NCBI GenBank assembly: GCA_002269645.1
Contig: NIVC01003138.1
Location: forward strand, 1-40,903
DNA: 40,903 bases
Source: Macrostomum lignano
Taxonomy: Eukaryota
Direction of reading: 5' to 3'
Shown: piece by piece, positions 11,983 to 24,500 of the stretch
Numbering within the stretch: position 1 is the first letter of the stretch
How the letters are laid out: every line of letters starts with the position of its first letter
Notes under the pieces: generated by a model
The model's database searches: none
Told to the model about the DNA's origin: nothing
What the model saw: the letters and a program-made list of their open reading frames with translations, nothing else
Made by a program: the position numbers and the translations under genes

Positions 11983-12178
11983 TCTCTGAGATTTGGGGGC
12001 TGGCTTCTTTAAGTCGAAAACTTAAATAGCAGCCACTTTCACAAGGTCGAAACTTCATAACATTGAAAATTTAATATAACAAGAACCATGCAGTAGTTTT
12101 CGATGTTGTGAAATTTCGACCTTGTGAAAGAAGGTGCTTTTGACGTTGTGAAATTTCGAGTTTGTGAACCCCCCCCCC

Positions 12179-12788
12179 TGTGTGTATTGTGCATCTGTGT
12201 GTGTTGTGCATATCTGTGTGTGTTGTACATGTCTGTGTGTTTTGTGCATGTCTGTGTGTGTTGTGCATGTCTGTGTGTGTGTGTGTTGTGCATGTGTGTG
12301 TGTGTGTGTTGTACATGTCTGTGTGTTTTGTGCATGTCTGTGTGTTTTGTGCATGTCTGTGTGTGTTGTGCATGTCTGTGTGTGTGTGTGTTGTGCATGT
12401 GTGTGTGTGTGTGTTGTACATGTCTGTGTGTTTTGTGCATGTCTGTGTGTTTTGTGCATGTCTGTGTGTGTGTGTGTTGTGCATGTGTGTGTGTGTGTGT
12501 GTTGTACATGTCTGTGTGTGTGTGTGTTGTGCATGTGTGTGTGTGTGTGTGTTGTACATGTCTGTGTGTTTTGTACATGTCTGTGTGTTTTGTGCATGTC
12601 TGTGTGTGTTGTGCATGTCTGTGTGTGTGTGTGTTGTGCATGTCTGTGTGTGTGTGTGTTGTACATGTCTGTGTGTTTTGTGCATGTCTGTGTGTTTTGT
12701 GCATGTCTGTGTGTGTTGTGCATGTCTGTGTGTGTGTGTGTTGTACATGTCTGTGTGTCTGCGTGTGTTGTGCATGTGTGTGTGTGTC
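12179..12788. repeat. TG-rich compound repeat ((TG)nTTGTGCATGTC)n
   Basis: Direct reading. Confidence 0.95.
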
Positions 12789-14601
12789 TGAAGTCTGTGA
12801 TAAATAAACAGCGTAATCAGTGACAGCCAGACAGGCTCACCGAGTAGCCAGGAAGATTTCTGATGTGCTGGGTCCAAACTGCAAATCTTTCCCTTGGTCA
12901 ATGAGTTGATATTTGCCCCGTTTCAGAACTTCAGGCTTCAGAGTCAACAAAATATTGGAGAACATTCCAGTTCTCTGGGCTGTTCATTGGATAACGGGCA
13001 ATGGGATGCATTGCTGACTAAATTAATTAGGTATAAGCAGAGTTTCCATCCGTTCAGTCAGTTGGCTACTGAAAGTTGGCTCCACCTTGCTGTGCACACA
13101 CGGCTTGCCGATGAGGCAGCGCACCCCAGCAGTCTCGCAGCTCCGCACCAACAGCATGCGGAGCGGCGCCCGCCTTCCCCATTTGGCTGCTGCTTGGATG
13201 CATGACAGTTGCGTAACTCGGAGAGAAATGGCTCACTAGATCAGGGTGGATACTCTACAGTGTCCCTGAGTGTACTTTAATCCCCACTTGTTTTAATCCC
13301 AGTTACTTTTAGTCCAGTTGCTTTAATCCAAATTTATTTCTTCAAATTGTGAAAACTTGGCTTGAGGAACCGAAGATTAGCAGAGAGATTTCATATTTAC
13401 AAGATTTGCCGCACCGAGCCTATTGGACAGATAATGCTAACTATAGTAATAATACCGGTACGTGAGTGACTTCATAATGACCCTTATAATGACCTTAAAA
13501 TGACTGATAATAAAATATTAGAACTGGCTTGAGGTTTGCCCACTGTCGAGGCTTGATCAGCGAAACTCGAGAAATTTGCAACAGCGTGTCCATAGTCACC
13601 TGGTGTAATCTGTTGAAGGTCCCGATGGCGTCGGAGTGATGAAGGAATGCTTGAGAGACTAGTTGATGACGTCGAGCAGTCGAGGCTTGATCAGCGAAAC
13701 TAGAGAAATTCGCATCAGGGTGTTTTATACTAGTACGAGCGTATTCACCTGGTGCCACCTGTTGAAGGTCCAGAAGCTCCGCCTGGGTGAAGGCCAGTGA
13801 CCAACGAAGTCAGATCTGATGCAGACACGTGGTCGACGTTGTTAGAAAGTCAGCCCGTGTTCTTGGATTTCGTGTGCCTGCGTTACTCCGTTCCGGCGCA
13901 GCTCCGGCTCGGCGAGCTGTTCTACTGTTAAAGAAGATTAAATTGATGGGAGCATATTTGCATAATTATATATTCTATTGTTCAAGTTGAAATCTTCGAA
14001 TAAAAATTCGAGTACATGTGTACACGTGTTTCATTCTTTGAATGCAAGAAGCTATAGGACTAGCTGCTTTGCACTTGCTTTCGCTAATACGAGCGTGTAT
14101 TGTATCTGTTGTTGTCACAGAATTTTAGCGAGAAACAATTGAAGGTCCAAAGGCTAAACGGGTTTTTAATCCGCTTCAAGCTGATTTTTATAACGTTAAG
14201 ATAGTGTTAATATTAGCGAATATGCGTTTAGAGTGCACGTCTAAAGTGTGCGAGCATTCATTCACGGTCACGTACTACTATAAAGAATAAAAAGTGGTCA
14301 TGTTAACCACAAGATTAATTTTGATTCAGGTCATAATGATCGATTTTTGGAGTTCAGAATGAGTGCTGAGAGAGTCCTAAATAACATGCCACTGGTAATC
14401 AGTTCAATTAGCAAGAAAGTGGTGGTACAGTGTTACAGAAGAGCACTTTTATATAGGGAAATACGAGCTAAGTTTCATTATATCAATTAATTGCATGAAG
14501 ATAGAAATATTTAAACAGCATAAAACAACAGTACAAAAGAATCTGAATCGGTTTACATAATGCTGATTCTGTGCCAATCCCCGTGTTTAATCATGCTGAA
14601 G

Positions 14602-15419
14602 CAGGGGCGTCGCCACCGGGGGGAACAGGGGGGGTCAATGCTTTGTCCCCCCACCTTGTGACCCGTTATGGAAATCAATGATTTTGCTTCAGGGCGACAA
14701 AATATAGCGCCTGCGGCGCTAAAATGAGTGCATGGGGCGCTAAAATGAGTGCATGGGTCGCTAAAATGGAGTCTGCGGCGCTAAAATGAGTGCCTGGGGC
14801 GCTAAAATGGAGTCTGCGGCGCTAAAATGAGTGCATGGGGCGCTAAAATGAGTGCATGGGGCGCTAAAATGAGTGCATGGGGCGCTAAAATGGAGTCTGC
14901 GGCGCTAAAATGAGTGCCTGGGGCGCTAAAATGAGTGCATGGGGCGCTAAAATGAGTGCCTGGGGCGCTAAAATGAGTGCCTGGGGCGCTAAAATGAGTG
15001 CCTGGGGCGCTAAAATGAGTGCATGGGGCGCTAAAATGGAGTCTGCGGCGCTAAAATGAGTGCCTGGGGCGCTAAAATGAGTGCATGGGGCGCTAAAATG
15101 GAGTCTGCGGCGCTAAAATGAGTGCCTGGGGCGCTAAAATGAGTGCATGGGGCGCTAAAATGAGTGCCTGGGGCGCTAAAATGAGTGCCTGGGGCGCTAA
15201 AATGAGTGCCTGCGGCGCTAAAATGAGCGAATGCGGTGCCAAAATGAGTGCCTGCGGTGCCAAAATGAGTGAATGCGGGGCTAAAATGAGTTCCTGCGGC
15301 GCTAAAATGAGCGCTGACAACACCGATTCTGAAAATAATGTACATGTAGGAATTTAGTCATGTACCTGTAGAGTTCTTGGCTTTGTCCCCCCACCATAAA
15401 ATCCATGGCGACGCCCCTG
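14602..15419. mobile_element. hAT-like non-autonomous element carrying an internal 21-22 bp minisatellite
   Basis: Perfect 14-bp TIR CAGGGGCGTCGCCA. 8-bp TSD TGCTGAAG/CGCTGAAG (7/8). Confidence 0.85.
14712..15312. repeat. 21-22 bp minisatellite (GGGGCGCTAAAATGAGTGCCT)n inside the hAT element
   Basis: About 28 units. Confidence 0.97.
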
Positions 15420-15947
15420 CGCTGAAGTGTGCAGTCACTGAGCGCCCAGGCCTCCAACTCCTGTCAGATGGTCAGCCCCAAGGCAGTGGAGATATGACGA
15501 GCAGCAGGTCCCAGAGTTATGAAAAAGACAGCGATCAGAGAGAATTTGAAAGGTAGATACTAACTAATCCTGAGATTCCCTAATCAGCTGAGACCTGGCC
15601 TCTTTCGAAATCAAATTTTCGACTAGAAAGGGCTCTGAGCTGACCTGCCAGCCAAGTGTCTATTAGCTGCCCATTTCGAAGTCCTTGGCCAGTCTAAAGG
15701 TATCATGCAGGGACAGAAGAGGACCTTTTGCAAGTTTCTGCATGCATGTACCTCCGAATGAACTAATAAATTGTTAAAATCCCACAAACCATACGCACAT
15801 AAATGTATATGCATTTGCATGCTTTTGGATAATGCAGATCAGCTATCAGAACCTTCAAGTGATCCCAGACTAATAATTATCTGGAACTCAGGTGCGATTC
15901 TAAGATTAGAAAATTTGCGTCCTCATTCCAAGGACAACTTAAGTAGA

Positions 15948-16577
15948 AGGACGCAACACACGAAATCTATGGTAAATGTTTTGAAGGCAACTTTTCGCTG
16001 AAAAATACACAGAGATAGGAAATTTCACGATTTTCAACACTAAAACAGTGATTGGGTCTTTTAACAATGTCAGAGAAAGTACTAATCACATTATTTTGAG
16101 CCTCACATGCTGCTGTAACGACGCATTAATCGATTTTTCATGTTAAGTTGGTCTGTCACTTGAAAAAAAACGGTTAAAATAATGACAGAACAATTTAACA
16201 TGAAAAATCGATTAATGCGTCGTTATAGCAGCATGTGAGGCACAAAAATAATGTGATTTGTACTTTCTCTGAAACTCTTTGGAGACCCAATCACTGTTTT
16301 AGTGTTGAAAATCATGAAATTTCCTATCTCCGTAGTGTATTTTTCCGGTGAAACCTAGCTGCCTTTAAAACTATTTCTGAACGAAAAGCTTTATGAATAT
16401 CGATAGAGCAATAAGAAAGGCACAACATATCAAAAGATGAACACTGGATCTGCCTCCTATCAAAAGCAATAACAATTTCTGTGCTGAAAAAATTAAAACC
16501 TCCCATCTCTGTAGTGTATTTTTAAGCGAAAAGTTGCCTTCAAAACATTTACCACTAGATTTCGAGTGTAGCGTCCT
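15948..16577. mobile_element. Nested fold-back element (outer ~65-bp imperfect inverted repeats, inner ~135-bp palindrome arms)
   Basis: Outer arms 15948-16010 and ~16509-16577; inner arms 16012-16146 and 16195-16330. A partial homologue lies at ~28790-28990 in opposite orientation to 16370-16520. Confidence 0.7.
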
Positions 16578-16668
16578 ATATATATATATGATTAGTCCTT
16601 GCCTCATTCCAGCAGTGTCTGGATCTTCTCCAGCCAGGAGCCCCGGTGCGCGATCAGGTCCCGCTTGC

Positions 16669-19600
16669 TCACTCTGAAACGGCGCTTGGTCGACTCATCG
16701 GACAGATTTTTGGTCGCTTCATCCAGCAGATGCACGCGCACTTCCTCCTCTGGCTTGCGGTCACCTCCGGCTGGGGTTGCACTTTTGCAGACAACTTCTT
16801 GGCGGCTGTGTTTAGCCTGAGCGAGGCCAGCTGGGCCATGTTGATGACGAGCTCCAGCATCTCCGTCAGAGTGATGACTGAAACTCCGATCCACAGGCCT
16901 GCACAGGTGCAATGAAGTGACAGACTGTTGAAACCAACAAATCGCAGGGCATATCTTTACAACTAACCACCACAAATACTAAAAGGTGTCTATTCCGGTA
17001 GCAGCAGAATGCATGGATGTTACTTAACAAATGTTTTACGTCATCGAAATTTTTCAACGCCTGAAAACTGACGTGAAATTTCGATTTTATTTATTTAGGG
17101 GTCGATAGAGTTGCGCAATAGTTTGCTTTGGTGGATGCCCTAACCCCGTAAAATCCAATTGACTGCAACTCACCGAGAATGCCGCCAAAGTCGGAGAACA
17201 GATTCCGCAGCGGGTAGGCGAACGACTCGGTGAAGACGCTGGCCTGGGTGGACGCTGGATACACGTCCAGCACGCTGATGAAGTCCCTGGACGATGCCAG
17301 GTTTTGAGCGGTCAGGTTGACCACGGCTTGGCTGAGCGAAGCGTAGGTAAAGTTTTGCAATACCTCCAATCTTAGTGTTCGCAGGCCAGTGCCCCTGACC
17401 CGGGCGAGGATTTTGCTTGTGTAGCTCTTCAGGATTTCAATGGCTAGGGGCACGTCCTTTGGCCAGGAGGTCAGGGTGGCGACGGTTTTGTATTGCGTGT
17501 TACTGCAGCGGACTGGGCACTTGTCGACTCGAACGCCATCTGTTTTCTGCCTGCTCTCGACTCGGTGATAGCAGTCAACCAGCTTCTTGGTGTTGTTGAA
17601 CCAGTGCCAGTGATTCAGAACGTAGTCTGCGAGCGGCTCAATCCTAGAATTATTGAGCTTAATGATGTATTCCGTCATGTTGAACTTGTTCAGACGATGT
17701 TCTTGGTACTTTAGCAAATACTGTGAATAGAATTGGTCACACCGTAGCGCTGATTAGCAAATAATTTCACTTGGCAAAAGCGATTGAGCCTGAAGGAAAG
17801 CAAACGCTATGAACTCTCACATACCACCACATTTTACGAGCTACTTGCTTAATGCCAGATTTCATTCCCAGGAAAATTCTTCCTAGCCTCTGCTCGTAAA
17901 AAGTCAAGCAAGGTCTTGGGAAGTTCTATCCGGTCTCTGTCAAGACCTGAGCAACTGCTTAGAAGCAGATGTGCACATCCGGCTTTTGTTTTGATGAAGA
18001 GTAGCGAACGATGCCATGGCTAACGGTAGCAGTGACTAACGATGCTATGGCTAACGGTAGTAGTGACTAACGATCCCATAGCTAACGGTAGCAGTGACTA
18101 ACGATGCTGTGGCTAACGGTAGCAGTGACTAACGATGCCATAGCCTACGGTAGCAGTGACTAACGATGCTATGGCTAACGGTAGCAGTGACTAACGATGC
18201 CATAGCCTACGGTAGCAGTGACTAACGATGCCATGGCTAACGGTAGCAGTGACTAACGATGCCATGGCTAACGGTAGCAGTGACTAACGATGCTATGGCT
18301 AACGGTAGCAGTGACTAACGATGCTATGGCTAACGGTAGCAGTGACTAACGATGCCATGACTAACGGTAGCAGTGACTAACGATGCCATAGCTAACGGTA
18401 GCAGTGACTAACGATGCTATGGCTAACGGTAGCAGTGACTAACGATGCTATGGCTAACGGTAGCAGTGACTAACGATGCCATGACTAACGGTAGCAGTGA
18501 CTAACGATGCTATGGCTAACGGTAGCAGTGACTAACGATGCCATGGCTAACGGTAGCGTTAGTTTTTTGGTAGCATTTCTAACGTTACAATGGCTAGTGA
18601 CAGATAATCAAACTACCTGCATCGTCACTGCCATTGTCACTTACCGCTTGCCACTGTTGTGTCGCTGCTACTCAATTTTCTCGCCAACAGTCAGCTAAGA
18701 GTCTGCTTCCTTCCTGGCTAATTATCGCCGGTACATCTGATTGCGGTCTGGTTAATCAAGCTCTCCTCCTGTTTCTCTCCGCTCCTGAGCTACTGACTGG
18801 GGACCGAGGGTGTCACCGAGCCTTTGACCCTTATGAAGCTGCGACACCAAGCTTCCTAGAGTATTGCCATAGCTAGTGCTGGCAGTGGCTCATGGTGTAG
18901 TTGGCTTGGGATGTGGCCAACAGCACCAATGGCTATTTGTATTATCCACAATTTATGTATATTCAAGTGACAGCCGTTGCTGGATGGCAATTTTTGCCAG
19001 CAACCGCTTTTGAACATGTACCTCTTCCGGCAGGTCGTGACACATTTTCGTTCCATCCATGAGGTCGCTGGGCAGGGCCAGATTAGCGCTGAGGCAGCCG
19101 CACGTCTCCTTGAACTCCTCCTGCTTGAGCCGCGTTACGCAGTCCTCGGTGGTGCCGAAGAAGCTCTGGCTCTCCCAGTTTCCAGGCCACGAGTAGTCCA
19201 TCGTGTACGTGACGTTCGGCAGCTCATCGCTGCACGGCGAGCCTTTGCGGCTGACTTTGGTGACGGTCTCGGCCTTCACTTGCACGGAGGTCTTCTGGCC
19301 ATAAGGTGCGTTGAATCCCATGTTCAAGTCTGGCTTGAACCCTGCCGGTGTTTTGGAAAGATTTTTTCTCACCTGAAATCTTTCGAAATCTTGTTTTTCT
19401 CTGCACTCTGAGGGGAGAGTACTCGTAGGCTGAGGGGAGCGCACGGACACTCTGCACTCTGAGGGGAGAGTACTCGTAGGCTGAGGGGAGCGCACGGACA
19501 GTCTGCACTCTGAGGGGAGAGTACTCGTAGGCTGAGGGGAGCGCACGGACACTCTGCACTCTGAGGGGAGAGTACTCGTAGGCTGAGGGGAGCGCACGGA

Positions 19601-21107
19601 CACTCTGCACTCTGAGGGGAGAGTACTCGTAGGCTGAGGGAAGCGCACGGACAGTCTGCACTCTGAGGGGAGAGTACTCGTAGGCTGAGGGGAGCGCACG
19701 GACACTCTGCACTCTGAGGGGAGAGTACTCGTAGGCTGAGGGGAGCGCACGGACACTCTGCACTCTGAGGGGAGAGTACTCGTAGGCTGAGGGGAGCACA
19801 CGGACACCTGAGAACTGATACCGCATGCTCTTAATCTTTCTTCATAAGTTTTTCTTTTCGTGAACTCAGATTTTGACTCTGCATTGCTTATACGAGCGTA
19901 GTCTTGAATCTGTGCATATTTGCAAACTAGATGCTGTTACTGCATGAGGATCTGAGCAAGCAGCTCCTCACCGGCCTGATGGAGCACCACCCGAAAGCCG
20001 GGCATGTAGTCAACTTGCTGTTCGTAAGTGAGATAAGCACCTCCTCTCAGGTGAAGAACCAGGTAGAGCCCCTTGCCTTCGCCCACCTCGATGACTGTGT
20101 GATTCGACGGGTTGAAGGAGAAGCACCACCACCTGGAATGGAATTCGATCGAGGCTCATTTGATCCCCAATTTCTGTCCGATATTAAAGAAGTCCAATGT
20201 GGCAAGCATTTTGCAAGTACCTGTCCTCATCTTTATACTCGGTGAAGTTCTCAAAGGTGCAGTCCTCATTCTTGTACCTGCAGTAGATCACGGATTCGTA
20301 GGCCTGGGCGAACAGGTGACCGCGGTACACCATGGCTCGTATCGAGTTTTTTCCGTCCGGGTAGAACTCCACCGGATTCTTTGGCATTGAGGCGTTCCAG
20401 TCGGTCCGGTTGAGCAGAGAGAACAGGTAGGGAGAGCCTTTCATCATGGAAACCAAGCATTTATTCCACCCTGAGAGACAGGTACAACGTACGTGTGTTA
20501 CAAAAAGTAAATGTGACATCAAAGAGAGGCATTTCCCCCTGGTTTGGTTCCGTGTGCGGTCATGCGCATTAATTTCGGGCTTGTGAACAAAATATCGGCC
20601 GGGGCCAACCTCAAGCCGCGAACTGACGATTAGAAAGTCAAGACCGCTGTACACCCTGTGTGAGCATGTGTATGTGTGCGTGCCTGCGCATAGTACTGGC
20701 ACCTTTGTACATGCATGTGCTCCAGAGTCAGCAGAAAGTTGTGCTCTCTTCTCGAGTACCTGAAACAGAGTGGTTGCTGACTACGGCTGAGCACGCGTAG
20801 GCGAACATGTTGGTCGGGCAGATGGTCACAGACGGGAACTCGAAGTTCGCACCGTCTCTGGAGAACTCGGTGCTCACTGGGTAGCTCAGGTACCGCTGGA
20901 TGAGCTCTGCAAGGTTCAGGGAGAAGCCGACGAAGGCGCCCAGGATGGCCGGGCCCAGATGAAGCGGCGAAGCTGGGAGCCCTGCGTCAGGCGCACCAGG
21001 CCGTGCGCGGTGGTCTGCTGGGCGAAGGCGACGAGTGCCTTCTCGCGAAGCTGCCACATCAGGGAGCCGCCCGTCGGGGATTCCGTCTCTGAGTCACTCG
21101 ATGTCAT
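16669..21107 (-). CDS. DEG/ENaC (ASIC/FaNaC superfamily) amiloride-sensitive channel subunit. Exons 21107-20760, 20470-20221, 20132-19972, 19341-19022, 17720-17174, 16898-~16669; C-terminal tail unresolved
   Basis: HG motif FAQQTTAHG, TM1 (IW(AL)AILGAFVGFSLNL), RYLSYPV..FPSVTICPTN, WCFSFNP, GLYLVL, GFRVVLH, Cys-rich thumb (CGC, CPVRC) and TM2 SDFGGILGLWIGVSVITLTEMLEL. Splice phases are consistent. One base-loss frameshift at ~20950. Confidence 0.9.
18005..18557. repeat. 31-bp minisatellite (GCTAACGGTAGCAGTGACTAACGATGCCATG)n
   Basis: About 18 units in a DEG/ENaC intron. Confidence 0.97.
19401..19808. repeat. 51-bp minisatellite, 8 near-identical units
   Basis: CTGCACTCTGAGGGGAGAGTACTCGTAGGCTGAGGGGAGCGCACGGACACT, intronic. 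Confidence 0.97.
20628..20700 (+). repeat. SINE-core-related fragment in DEG/ENaC intron 1
   Basis: GATTAGAAAGTCAAGACCGCTGTACACCCTGTGTGAGC..TACTGGC. Confidence 0.55.
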
Positions 21108-21360
21108 CCTTGGCCACCAAGGGTCTCCGTTCTTGGGCTCAATGACAAACAGAGTGAAGGCCAGATAATTTTGAGCAGAATCTGGCTTATAAGCGCTGAC
21201 AAGAGTCAATTTAGCTTCTGATTTACGAAGTTATCTCTAAGTTGCCATGGACAAAAGCTGGGAGCCAATGAGATAAAGTCACTGAATATCCCAGAGCGCA
21301 ACTTTAATTGCAGACTGCGTCAGACAGTGCCTGAAGAGCGGCTTATGAAATAAACTCTGC

Positions 21361-21554
21361 TGGGAGTGCTTGTGGGAGTGCTTGTGGGAGTGCTTGTGGG
21401 AGTGCTTGTGGGAGTGCTAGTGGAAGTGCTAGTAGGAGTGCTTGTGGGAGTGCTTGTGGGAGTGCTAGTGGGAGTGCTTGTGGGAGTGCTAGCTAGTGGG
21501 AGTGCTTGTGGGAGTGCTTGTGGGAGTGCTTGTGGAAGTGCTTGTGGAAGTGCT
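21361..21554. repeat. 12-bp minisatellite (GGGAGTGCTTGT)n, left part
   Basis: Interrupted by the LINE. Confidence 0.95.
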
Positions 21555-21564
21555 GTTGTTGTTG

Positions 21565-24500
21565 TTAATTCCCGGCCGGGTTAATATCCGGGGGGCGGGT
21601 TTGCGCCCCTACCGCCTGGAGGAAGTGCAGTGCGCGCGGGCCGTCGTCGTGGAGGATGGCCAGCGTCGGGTTCTCGCCCAGAATTTGTCGTCTGGTCTCG
21701 GTCGTGGCGCGACATTCCAGGAGCAGGTGTTTGAGGTCCTCCGAGGCCTCCCCGCAGGCCGGGCAGGTGGCCTCCGGTTCCAGCCCGATGCGGTGCCGAT
21801 ACTGTCGGAGTATCGGGCAGTGGCCAGAGCGTAGTTGGGCTAGCAGGACTCTGTCCTTACGGTTCATGGAGGTTTGCTGTTTGGGTCGTCGGCCGTTGAT
21901 GCAGGTGCGGTGGGTGCTGCAGTGCTCGTTTGTCTCATACGATCGGATGAAGTCGTTGTGGGCCGTCGCCAGAATGGCAGAGCGTGCGCTGCGGTGATCC
22001 AGGGGTGCGTTGGTCTGATCAAGGGTGGCAGCAGCGCGGGCAGTGGCATCGGCGAGATCGTGCGACGAAGGTCGCAGTGGCCCGGGATCCATTGCAGGGT
22101 CACGTGATGGCCAGGCGGGAGGCGTCCCAAGATGCGCAGTATGTCGCAGCAGCAAGGGGAGAGCCGCGGGCTTGGGCCGCCTTTGAGGCAGCGGAGCAGG
22201 GCCTGGGAGTCGGTCGCGCAGCGCAGCTCGCGGTTTCCCGGCCACGGCAGTGCGTCAAAAGCTGCTTGGAGGCCGAGCCTAAGCGCGCATTCTTCCGCAC
22301 GGAAGGACGAGGTCAGGCTCCCCGCCGGAGCTCTCAGAAAGCGCGTCGACGAACCGCGGGTGTAGAGGACAGCTCCTGCTCCGCCGTTGGTGGTACCCCC
22401 TGCTGCCGACCCGTCCGTCCAGAGTTCCAGGTCAGCGGGGGGGAGCGACGCTAGGGTCTCCAGCGCCGCGGCCCTGCGAACATGCGGTGGGTCGTCGCGT
22501 GAGCACTTAACTATGAGGGCGTCTTGGATGTGAAAGCTGGTCGAGGATGACCACGGAGGCACCAGCTCGTTGTCGGTTTCGATTTGGAGCTCAGCCAGTC
22601 CGGCTCTGTGGGTCAGCTCTCTGGCACACCTGCGCCAACATCTGCGGAAGTTGCCGTTTCCGCCGTGAGCGCGGATGCGAGGAGTGACTTCTCTGTCAGC
22701 GATGTTGCGGAGCGGGGTGGCTTGGCGTTGGCGGAGCGTTTTGTCCAGGAGCGTCGCTGCCGCGGCCGCGGCCGCCGCACTGTGAGCCAGGGGTTGGAGT
22801 CCGGCTTCGATAAGGAGCGCGGCTGTTGGCGTAGATTTGCAGCATCCTGAGATGACACGGGCAGCCTCGTTGTGGGCAGATTCCACCAGTTGTCTGCAGG
22901 CGTCCGACGCGAAGTTTAACCAGGCTGCCGCGCCGTGAAGAGCAGCCGACTCAGCGTAGGTTCTGTAGAGTTGCGACAGGAGCCCAGGGTCCTGGCCCCA
23001 GTCACGCCCGGCTAGGCAGCGGAGAGCGTTGGTCCTCTTTTGGAGGTTTTGTTTTTGTACCGACGCATGGTGCCGGAACGTGAGCTGGGAGTCGAGGTGC
23101 ACGCCCAGGAGTCTTGGGTGAGGTTCGAACGGGGCCTGGACGTCGCCGAGCCTGATATTCGGTCTCGCTTTGCCATTTACCTCACGGGGATCGAGGGAGA
23201 AGAAGGAAACGACCGACTTGGACTTGTTGAGGTCCACCTTCCAGGTTTGGGACCAGGTAACAAGCCAATCGGCCGCTCTCTGCAGTCTCGACTCGCACTC
23301 TTTGAGGTTGTGGCCTTGGGCGCCGAAGGTGGTGTCGTCGGCGTAACCGACCGCCAGGACGTCTTCGGGGGCGTCGTCGAGCAGGTCGTCGATGTACACG
23401 TCCCAGAGCGTCGGGGCGAGAACGGATCCTTGCGGTAGGCCCTCGGTGAAGATTCGGACGCGGCTGCGGACCCCGTCCCAGGTGACGAGGGCACGGCGGT
23501 CGTTGATGAAGTTTTTAATCCACCGGTTCATACACGTGGGCGTCCCTTTTCTGTTTAGCTTGGCGATTTGGGCTTTACGCCACACGCGCTCGTACGCTCT
23601 GGAGAAGTCAGCTAAGAGTAGGGCGGTCCGCTTCGCTGGTTTCTGAGCTTGGAAGCCGTCGAAGATGTATTGGGTGACCGCCGTAATCTGCTCCTCAGTG
23701 GAGCGGTTCCGGCGGAATCCAGCTTGGGCTGCATTTAGCAGTTTATTCTCTTCCAGATGAAAGGCGAGGCCTTCGTTAACGAGCCGCTCGGCGATTTTAG
23801 CAGTACAAGAGAGAAGGCAGATAGGGCGGAAACTCGCCGTGATGCTGTGATCTTTTCCGGGTTTGGGGATCGGTCGAATGTCGCCCAGACGCCACGCAGC
23901 CGGGACTTCAGCGGTACGCCAGGAGATGTTGATGGCAAGCAGCATCAGCTCCAGGCCTTGGGTTGGCAGATTTTTGAGCATTAGGTTCGAAACGCCGTCG
24001 ATGCCCGGTGCCGATCTGCTGGGGATACCTCTGATGGCTCTGGTCAGAGCTTCCATCGGGAAGTCGGCGCACAGGCCCGTCCGGTGGTTTTGACAGCTGC
24101 AAATGTCCCGCACAGCTCTTCTGGATTCGTTTCGGATGTCTTTGTCGGCCGATTTGTCTTTCGGGATTTTGGCGACGTTGGCGTACTCTTGACAGAAAAG
24201 ATCGGCTTTCTGGCGGTTGGAGGTGGCGAAGCGGCCTTGTGGGTTTTGGATCGCCCCTGATGGGCGGGCGGCCGCGGTGCGGCCGTCGAGGACGCGGATG
24301 ATGCGCCACAGGTCAGTCGACTTGAGCTCGCTGGAGTTGTCGCTGATGAAGTCGCGCCACAGGGCTTCCTTGGCGTTGCGGATGGTGGCGGTGGCGTGCG
24401 CTGCCGCCTCCTGGAACGCCTGGGCGAGTTGGTCGTCGTTGGGGTTGGCTCGGAGGTCTTCAAGAGCCTGGCGCCTGGCTGCGCACGCTGCTTCAGCTTC

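Noticed and set aside
13495-13930. Terminal exon(s) of the DEG/ENaC gene or a small repeat protein in the ~140-bp degenerate dimer
   Set aside because: The two copies are offset by 134/149 nt (not multiples of 3) and one has stops. An acceptor exists near 13927, but phase with the 16898 exon could not be resolved.
18005-18557. Array of RFX X-boxes (GATGCCATGGCTAAC)
   Set aside because: Does not fit GTNRCC-N0-3-RGYAAC in either half; resemblance only.
21241-21255. X-box GTTGCCATGGACAA upstream of the channel
   Set aside because: Only the left half-site is good; insufficient without conservation data.
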